From NCBI GenBank assembly GCA_030141605.1, contig JAQGDQ010000502.1:97013-161012 (forward strand): DNA of 64,000 nucleotides, written 5' to 3'. How positions within the stretch are numbered: position 1 is the stretch's first letter; each line of letters starts with the position of its first letter. Source of the stretch: Tubiluchus corallicola. Lineage: Eukaryota; Animalia; Priapulida. Shown piece after piece: positions 56,401 to 64,000 of this stretch. The notes beneath the pieces are model-generated. The model saw only the letters and a program-made list of their open reading frames with translations, did no database searches and had not been told where the DNA came from. The translations under genes were made by a program, and so were the position numbers.

Positions 56401-57507
56401 TTACTAGGTTCTGTTTACATTCGCTTCATTTTCATTTGTATTGAAGAGAGTTTCAAAAATCACTTACTAGGTTTAACTTATGTTTTAAAAGTATCTTCAC
56501 AATCTGTGACAAATAGTGCCAAAATGAAACAAAATAATAACACAAATTTCTATGACAACATTTCACTTCATCCCATCTTACTGTCTTTTACTTCACTATA
56601 AGTCTGACTGCTTACACAAGCACAGGAGTAAATTTTAAAAAAATGAACGATCAACCTAAATGTTTGTGTTTCGTGCTAAAAGGTGATGCCAAAACACAAT
56701 AAAAAACATAATGAAAAACAAAGAAAACACGACCAAGAGCAATTAGAATCTACGCATTCAAAACTATAGATTTTTCTAACAACCATACAAAAATGCCCAC
56801 CTTTCAAGTGCTCGTTTATTTTTTTGGAAATGTGCTAAACATACAAACTTGATGCCATTTTGTTTTTGCAGGTCTTTTCAAGTCCTAAAAATCCCGCTGT
56901 AGTTTTGTTTAGAATGATAATTGCTAGCTATGTACAGTAGTCTAAATTATTGCAAAAATTCAAATTTGGGAAAACTGGTCCATGTTTAACAAAATATATA
57001 CAGTAGCAATCAACATTGAAGTTTCAGCTAATTTCTCTGCTGCATGAAGTAACTAATATAGCACCTATTTGCACAGAAAGGACAGTATGCATTAAGTGGA
57101 ATTCAACTACCATGATACTTTCCTAAATGCAAAAAATTCTACTACGTTCTTTACTCGGATTCTTGCAACACGGAAAATCTGTTTGCCTTACTTGTTTGTT
57201 CGGTGATTTAACAAGCTCTGTGAAGTGATTTTACATCCAAAATGTAGTTTATAATGAAATATTGAATCTATGGCTTTTCCCAGACATATCTCTGCATTTG
57301 TTTACTTTAGACGGCAACTGCGATGAGATAGCAAATCAAGAACTGAAATATAATTACCGCTATTCGAGATTCAGAGGAAAGTGGTATGACCCCTTTTAAG
57401 ATTTGTTCCTCTCTATCGACGTAGTAACTGATTTTATTCGGTTGAAGCACAAACCATCTCTCTTTCCACGTGGCCACGTTAGTCGGTCCTTTCTTCTTCA
57501 GCACTCC
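44424..57507 (-). CDS. SWAP70/DEF6-like protein (PH domain + long coiled coil + acidic tail), 5'-incomplete; exons 57358-57507, 55970-56093, 54215-54384, 53808-53957, 52382-52548, 49790-49915, 47513-47585, 46170-46365, 44424-45310
   Basis: PH domain GVLKKKG…WKERWFVLQPNKISYYV…KGVIPL…FEISAIDNRTRQEWLAAVQLAI closely resembles SWAP70 (W.ERWFVLKPNIISYYV, FEISASD…QEW), followed by E/R/Q-rich heptads. Nine phase-consistent GT-AG exons give ~680 aa. The start codon and the N-terminal EF-hand exons were not identified. Confidence 0.85.
45990..46140. repeat. (CAAA)n-like microsatellite
   Basis: Directly visible. Confidence 0.8.
46892..47042. mobile_element. Short palindromic MITE (Harbinger-like ends); partial relative at ~38380-38510
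   Basis: Ends GGCGCTCACACTAG…CTAGTCTAAACACTCC; the internal GTAACTC.CAAAGCAGTT…CTGTCAGAGA..AAACTCG is shared with 38428-38500. Confidence 0.5.
48501..48870. repeat. 19-bp minisatellite GGAGTTACTAA(T/A)T(A/G)GTATT, ~19 copies
   Basis: Highly regular tandem array of two alternating variants. Confidence 0.95.
49219..49580. mobile_element. MITE family A, copy 3
   Basis: Colinear with 13226-13595 (CAAGCAAGATCCTGCTAGTAAATCACTCTACGCACA…ACCCACATGTCACGTGACG). Confidence 0.8.
51119..51238 (+). pseudogene. 5S rRNA-derived sequence (head of the SINE; diverged, probably not a functional 5S gene)
   Basis: GTCGACGGTCATATTACGTTGAAAACACCGGTTCTCGTCTGAACACCGAAGTTAAGC…TAGTACTTGGATGGGTG…GGAATACCAGGTGCTGTAGGCTT, with recognisable box A and box C. 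Several substitutions relative to canonical invertebrate 5S. Confidence 0.9.
51119..51587 (+). mobile_element. 5S rRNA-derived SINE (SINE3) with a GC-rich, RTE-like body
   Basis: Full 120-nt 5S head (51119-51238) with no oligo-T terminator, then a ~350-nt GC-rich body ending GGATGCCAAC. Flanked by the direct repeat AGGTCCAGAC(GT) at 51109-18 and 51588-97. Confidence 0.85.
54392..54976. mobile_element. TTAA-flanked Kolobok-like MITE family B, copy 2
   Basis: Starts TTAA|AGGAAAACC, ends GTTTTGCT|TTAC, and is colinear with 27553-28148. Confidence 0.7.
55250..55460 (+). mobile_element. tRNA-derived SINE (degenerate)
   Basis: tRNA-like head GAGCCAA TAAATCAAATGG (A-box-like)…GGATTCGAATCC (B box) TGGTTGGTCCA, followed by a body and a TTCTAA-repeat tail. 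The cloverleaf is imperfect. Confidence 0.6.
56265..56480. repeat. 60-bp tandem repeat, ~3.5 copies
   Basis: AAAAATCACTTACTAGGTTCTGTTTACATTCG…CATTTGTATTGAAGAGAGTTT repeats with a 60-nt period; this explains ORF 56224-56601. Confidence 0.92.
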
Positions 57508-59249
57508 CTGCAAAAATGGAAAACTTGACTCTAAGTATATTTACTGAGTGTCTAAAGCACAGAAAAGTGTATGTAATGGCAAGGCACTGCAATAAAATCA
57601 GTTATGCAAGCTATAAATTAAATAGAGGACAAATACTTTATTAAAGCACACTGAGTTTAGCGAGTGATAAACCAAGTTTACTTGTACAAAGTCGAGGAAA
57701 TCAAATGGGGGGTTACGGATCACCGACGATCACAGAGACGCAAGAACAACTCAACAAGCAAACACAGTAAATGAGGAAGAAAACTACGACTTTATGACAA
57801 TGTTTACAAACACGGATCAAAATAAAAAATATAACAGACAACTCAACGCCAAGAGACAGCAAATCTGGAGATTCTAAAAAAAGTTAAGAATTCTCCAGAT
57901 TTTGCATCAAAGACATCCACTTTATTCTTACCTTTGTTAAATAACTGAAGCAAATAGAGTTCAGCTTTCAGAAACAAATGCACATCAAAATCACAGATTA
58001 AAAAACACATTAAATCCCAGATTAAGAACACATTAAATCAGGGATTAAATTTACGTACTTAGTATACGAAAGGACACATTATTTAGCATGTTATTTTATA
58101 GTTGGGTTTATTTTACGTAAAAATATAACAAAGAAATTTGCAAAAAACTGTCTATAAAGCAAGAGTTACAGTGACAGAATTTTTTAGCAGCGATGATATC
58201 CAAGATTCACTTGAAAAATATGACACAACTGGGAGACATAACTTTTCCTGAACACATCGTTGCTTTTTGTAAACCGACTCTGTTTAAACTAATTCAAACT
58301 TTTGCAGTTTACCTAATGTTCACCCAAAAATATCGCAAAATTAGCTAATATTTAATTGATATAGATATATCAGATATCTAGATATCTATGATAATAAATA
58401 TATAGCTAATCTAATATTCTGTGAAAGCTTGAACTTTTGACAAAAATTGACAGTGCACTGCTTTTCTTCAGCCGACAAATAACTCAGTGGCCAAGCGTGA
58501 AATGATCACGACTTCAAAGTGATTTTACTAGGTGCTTATTGCACTTTCATTTGCTGAAACTTTGTAACATTTTCTGCAAATATTGAAATAAGTCTCATTT
58601 CACAGAAGGCTAGGCCTTTCCTTTACTGAAGTAAAGTTACATAAGAAATGAACACGTTGTTTAAATCAGTTTTTTACTATGCATTGTTTATCATTTGGAT
58701 TGCTTTCATTTTTAAGTGCCGAGGGTTACACTTAGATGAGGCAATACTTTAAACTAGTTCGCAGAAGAAAAACTTTGTTTTTTTTATTCTTATCTCGTAA
58801 ACTATTTTTACTTACTGTGAGAAAGCATCAGTGACACCGAGAAAAATGAGCTAAAAACATGAGAAGTCTAATACAGCATTTGCCCCTTGAACAAAGGATT
58901 CATTATAAAAAATTAATGCGGTTAAGAACATAAGTTAAATCTGATGTAAAAAGCCTTGTACAAACAACTATTAAAGTTGATGGCATAAAAGTAGAGACGA
59001 AAAGGGATATTAAAGGTGCGACAAATGAGTATTTGTTGTGTTTTGTTTCTCTCGGAAGGCTCGTAGAGAAAACCAGAAAACACGCCGTCAAATAAAACTA
59101 GTTTATTTAGCGAGAATTCTACAACACAAAAGTCTGAAGGAACGAGAAACGATTACTGTAAATGTGAAAATCTGGAAAAGGTTTAAGTATATCTGAAAAT
59201 GTAAGTATACAAGTATATGTCCGTGCGAGATCTGCGTGTGTCCTGTGTG

Positions 59250-59380
59250 TTCCCCAGTCGGCGGCCTGCTTTGCCTTATATAGCGCGCTGAAGAAACTTC
59301 CAGAAGTAATGTTCGGGAACATTCCAGACGGTAAGACGATCATTACGACGGAACATTCTACAATGTTCTATGTAATTCTA
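59250..59380 (-). promoter_or_regulatory. Heat-shock-type Pol II promoter: clustered HSEs + BRE-like GC + TATA box
   Basis: HSEs GAAacTTCcaGAA (59293-305), TTCggGAAcaTTC (59312-324) and GAAcaTTCtaCAAtgTTC…TTC (59351-378) lie directly upstream of minus-strand CAGCGCGC-TATATAAGG (TATA at 59276-282). Confidence 0.75.
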
Positions 59381-59409
59381 ATTGATGCCAGCGATCTCCA
59401 CAACAGTAT

Positions 59410-59790
59410 TTAGAAAAAGTGTGTTAAAATTAGAAGTAAAACAAAGCTGCATTTTTTAAGTAATAGAGCGGAACAAAACCAATGAAATACATTGAACAAT
59501 GTGCAAAAAAAAACAGTTAGCAAAATTACAGAACGGAAACTATATGGTCAGAGTTAAAGCAAATTACCAAAATAAGTTTAAAGGAGATGCCAAATGCTCT
59601 TTAGGTGAAAACAAGAGTGAAGACACTACAGAACATTTATTAACATGTGAACAATTTAATGAAATAATGCGTGCAAGTAATGTTGTAATTCACGACATGT
59701 ATGTTGAAAAAATGAAAGAATTAAAAGAAGTAAATGTGAGAATTAACCAAGCTCTGAAAGTAAGAAAGATGCTGGGACTTAGTTATAGTT
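59410..59790 (+). mobile_element. Degraded LINE 3' fragment (C-terminal Cys/His motif), same family as 4930-5330
   Basis: ORF 59499-59846 has VKANYQNKFKGDAKCSL…EDTTEHLLTC. Confidence 0.55.
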
Positions 59791-60480
59791 ACAGTATTTT
59801 ACACCACCCATCTCAAGCATACATAACAAGGTCAGTAACAAAATAATAACACAAATACAGCAATATTATTACTTGGGAGGCGGAAGAGTCAGAAGCGAAG
59901 CTCGTAAGCCTACCCTGATAGTGGAATTATGGTTGGATGATGTTTGCGTTAAGGACTAGTACAATGAAAGATGGGTGAAGTGGTGAAGAGTTGACAGTAG
60001 ATGACACGATAACAAATAATGCTTTGCTACAATTATCACTAAGCTTGTAAATTCAAGAAGAGTTACACCAGAGTAGAATTTTTGCCCACATGTACTGTAA
60101 GTGGCTGCAGAAGAAGAAAGGAAAATGGACACAAATAAGTGCTTAGTCGAGATATGTACTACGTAAATCATTCTTTATTTCCCTTTTGAATTTTCCTATT
60201 ATTTATTATGGTCTTGTGAGATTGATGAATTTCGTTCCATGCTTTTGGTCCTTGATAACAGATGAAGTGCTTTGCAAAATTTGTTCTGCAGAAAGGCATG
60301 TAATATTCATTAAATCTTGCGTTATAATTAAGTCGAATCTGTTTTACTGGATTTATATAAAAAGAAGTTATGTGTTTTATACATATATATTAAGATATTA
60401 AATTTTACTATGTAATTTATAATTAGAATCTTGCATTCATTATAGCAAGTCAATGGAACATGTTTAGACAAGTTATAAAA
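59790..60480 (-). mobile_element. Degraded 3' fragment of a CR1/L2-group LINE
   Basis: The minus strand at ~60230-60290 reads RTNFAKHFICYQGPKAWNEI, cf. [11 protein letters not shown] at the end of the intact element's RT. The segment at ~59875-59915 resembles that element's 3'UTR. Confidence 0.5.
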
Positions 60481-60828
60481 CATTCTACGTTGGAGAGTTT
60501 TAAGTTGACTTCCATACAGTGTTACTAGACTAATTAGGCTTGCACTTAAAGGTGGGAAAGAAACCGATGGTTAAACCACTGATACACATACACGTACTGG
60601 CAGCAGGAGAGAAATGCACTTTAGAGCATATAAAACTAAACTATAGTTCAGTAACTTTTGCTGAAGTAACTAATCTAAGCATCTTAGGATTAAGAAACTA
60701 GCATTATCTTGCTGTGATGTCTGTCCCTGAGCCATTTTGAACAGAAAATTTCACAACTACCTAATCGAGTCAGAGTTCACTGTTCTCTCAAACACATTAA
60801 GACAGACACTTTTATAATTATTATAACT

Positions 60829-61025
60829 GATCCAGGTAATAAAGTCACAGGTAAAAAGTCACAAATAAAAAAGTCACAGGAAAAAGTCACAAGAAAAAAG
60901 GCAGAGGACAAAAGAAATAACCTTAACCCGAACACTGGTCTAAATTAATTATGACTTTTTTCCTAGTCAAAATGGTGACTATTCTCCTGTGATTTTAAGG
61001 CCTGTCACCTATTACCTATTTTTCT
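60829..61025. repeat. Palindromic repeat with AAAAAGTCAC arrays and a central TAACC(C/T)TAACC; second copy ~62535-62680
   Basis: The left arm has tandem AAAAAGTCACA(G) and the right arm has TGACTTTTT. The same layout recurs at 62535-62680, so it is probably a non-autonomous DNA element. Confidence 0.6.
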
Positions 61026-61669
61026 CCTGCACCCCCCTTAACTCTTTCCTTTATGCTTAATTTATCCTTTTTAATCAATAACTAAAAAATAATAATTAGT
61101 CAATTTGTATACAGGTGTAAATGAGGAGATAAATAAAAATGTCTATGTCTATGTCTATATTACAATTCAATTCAGTTTTTTAGCGGAACAAAGTGAAAAA
61201 GCAGGACAAAGAGAGTTCTCAACAAAACAATCACGTGCGGGCAAGTGCTATAAACACCCAATAAAACTTTGGAATGCACAGTACGTGTGAGAGACATACT
61301 ATTGACAAGCTTGAAGTGGAAGCGCGTTTCCTGAGTTGCAGGAAACTTGCTCATAACTTCTTACATAAATGTACAGCACTGAAACGTACAGCAAACATGA
61401 TGAGTTGCTATACTGTTTGTTCTGGACTGTTCTACTGTGACAACAAAAATATAAAACAGTTGCCGTACATCGAAGTTTATAAACACGTGGTTTCACTAAT
61501 GTGTACAAAGTACTGAAAAAGTGAGAGAGGTCAGGTTTAATGGCAAGTAACTTTCACAATTAAGACAACACCAAATAAAAATGCAAACAGATCTGCATAA
61601 AAAACAGTACGAATAATAAAAAAAATAATGGTCGATGAATAACAGAAAATTCTGTATCTCCTTCCCTTA

Positions 61670-62030
61670 TTTACTTATCTATCTGCCTACCTACCTATCT
61701 ATCTATGATCCCATCCATCCATCCATCACTACCTACCTATCTATCTATCATATGTATCTATCTATGCATCCATCCATCCTTCCATACGTACCTCCTACCT
61801 ACCTACCTGTTTATCTCTCTATGTATCGTATCTATCTATCTACCTATCTATACACACACATGCGCACGCAAACACACACGCACGCACGCACGCACACACA
61901 CACACACACACACACATAACATCTACATACATCCATCCATCCGTGCATCCATTCGTCAGTCTATCCATCTACCTAGCTGTCTAACTTATCTATCTGTGTA
62001 TCCATCCATCCATCAATTTCATCCCTCCTT
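61670..62030. repeat. Compound microsatellite (CTAT/CCAT/CCTA, CACG, CA)
   Basis: Directly visible; it explains ORFs 61635-61919 and 61705-62052. Confidence 0.92.
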
Positions 62031-63707
62031 TCACTTCTGTCATTTGTTATGAACTTATCTTTGAAAAAAGTTTTTAAAAATCATCTCACGCTCCTCTCTT
62101 TCTCTCTCATCCCCCTCACTCTCCTAGTACTTTTTCCTAATCAAACACTGCATGCAAAATGACGATGTACGTTTAAGAAGACTTACAATTTGTTATAAGC
62201 TATGATGGTACTATTAAACACCCTCATTCCCTGGGGAACATGAACATGTATCATAACGCTAGCATTAATAAGAAAACTGCTTGCAGTATACATTACAGTA
62301 TGTCAACATAGAATATGCAACACCTTATGTTGTAAACAAATACAGAATTTGTTCTTATTATACACGTTACATATGACTCTCGCATAAATACAAACTTATA
62401 TCATTCACTTAGCCTGCATGACACAAAAACGAAGTTTACAAAATTCAGTAGGTTGAATTTGCAAAGTTTATTAAGTACTAGACCAGGAAATTCACTGTTT
62501 ATCACAAAAAAATTCAGACTTGACAGCAAAGAAGCCAGGTAAAAAAGTCACAGGAAAAGACTCACGGGGAAAAGAGGAAACAAGGCACAGGAAAAAACAA
62601 GAAATAACCATAACCCTAACCAAAATTAATCATGACATTTTCCGTGTAATTTTTTCTGTGACTTTATTATTAGTCTCCCACAGTGCATATCCACCATTCT
62701 TAACATTACTGTGCAATGTATAGGCTAATAATATTCCCACTGATATTAATCTTTAGACATATGAGATAATAATAATAATAGAATTTTAAACTAAAGAAGT
62801 GATGGACTACAGTTTACAAATTCAGTATATGAAAATAAAGAAAATGAGAAAAAAGCATCAGTCAAATGAGAAATACTAAATGAACTTTCTAGATACAAAC
62901 TCTATCCTGTCTGATCATGTTGCCGTGGCAACCATTACCAGTGAGAAAAAATGGAATGAACCCAAGAAATGGACACGGGACACAGGCTCAAGATAGTGAT
63001 TTGGTCACTAAACCGCAAAGAATTTTTAACTAATTAAAGGAGAAGAAAGGGAAATTTTAGAGTGCACCACAAAAAAATTTCCATACAACGTTATGTTACT
63101 TCGCATTTGCTTGCTTGGTTGAAAGACTTATGTCATTGGAAAAGGAAATTCTTAATAATGTAAACCCTTCGTGCCACCTGACCGACTCACCATTCCAGTG
63201 TGCACCATTGATTCACCAAAAAATGCATTGTTCATCTTAGTGACAAGATAATTTAGACTTTTGCTTAGTTAGTGAAATGTGCAGTACAAATGCTTTTTAT
63301 CAAGCCTTATGCAATGTTACTTGAACATGTTTCAAAAAACCTACCGACAAAATGGCTGAGCCTAACGGTTAAGTTTTAGAAGTTTCATATGAAATTGCTG
63401 CTAATACAATCTCTGTGCACAATAAGACGGCATGTCAGTGATACGTAATTTCAAGACGATTTTTTAGACTGACTTTGTTTAATAAATCATGTACTAAAGT
63501 GCAAAAGTCTGCTTTTAACCACGCTATGCAAGTCTGTATCTAAACCTACTAAACAGTGGAAGATTCAAAATTTCAGGTTCAAATCTATGGTAAGAATCTG
63601 TAAGATTACACCACGTTTTCTTCGTCTGTCTTAGAATTTGTTGTTCTGCAAATTGCTTTTGTTGTAAATGCGATAGCTATTGTATCGTAAAAGTAATTTA
63701 TAACAAA

Positions 63708-64000
63708 ATAAACATTTTCAGTTTCGTTGTGCGCACGCGTTGTTGCTGTAGGTCAAAGGATAAGTGTACCACAGCAACGCGTCTTAACAACAACCATCAC
63801 ATTATATGCATATAAAGTAAAGCCGTCTGCCATGTCAGTTCAGTAACTTTAGTTGTTTTACACGGACTTACTTAATTATACATTAGTCTGTGCAGAAAGT
63901 GATTTACTAGCAGGGTCTTGCTTGGGAACTAGAAAAAATGAACTAGGTAAGGTTCTAGCTAGCTGTTAAAACTGTTACTATTACACCAGCATGGGCTGGC
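63708..64000. mobile_element. MITE family A, copy 4 (runs off the window end)
   Basis: Reverse-complement match to 13226-13595 / 49219-49580. Confidence 0.8.

Noticed and set aside
57680-57770. Extra coding exon (…FDFLDFVQ|GT) before the PH exon
   Set aside because: An in-frame TGA lies just upstream, with no suitable acceptor between it and the donor.
61635-62052. Two ORFs of 94 and 115 aa
   Set aside because: Translations of a compound microsatellite.

Overview
AT-rich, intron-containing animal (invertebrate) genomic DNA; the 5S-derived sequence looks mollusc/annelid-like, which is only an inference. I could assemble four spliced genes by hand with phase-consistent GT-AG junctions. (1) A small single-pass membrane protein gene (-, 703-2877). 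(2) TMEM41B/stasimon (-, 11673-19405, 7 exons, with its minor-spliceosome U12 intron). (3) EDEM2 (+, 19456-40776, 13 exons, with a long low-complexity insert before the conserved C-terminal motif). (4) The 3' part of a SWAP70/DEF6-like PH + coiled-coil gene (-, 44424-57507). TMEM41B and EDEM2 are head-to-head with only 50 bp between their ATGs. The introns hold a near-intact CR1/L2-group LINE (ORF1, then PHD-APE-RT with one homopolymer frameshift), an internally deleted pogo element, a 5S rRNA-headed SINE3 with a 10-12 bp target-site duplication (TSD), a tRNA-SINE, several MITE families and mini/microsatellites. The most notable observations are the 5S-derived SINE with a structured body, an orphan heat-shock promoter (HSE array + TATA) pointing into the SWAP70-like gene, and the 50-bp bidirectional promoter. 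Coordinates were counted by hand and no database searches were run.
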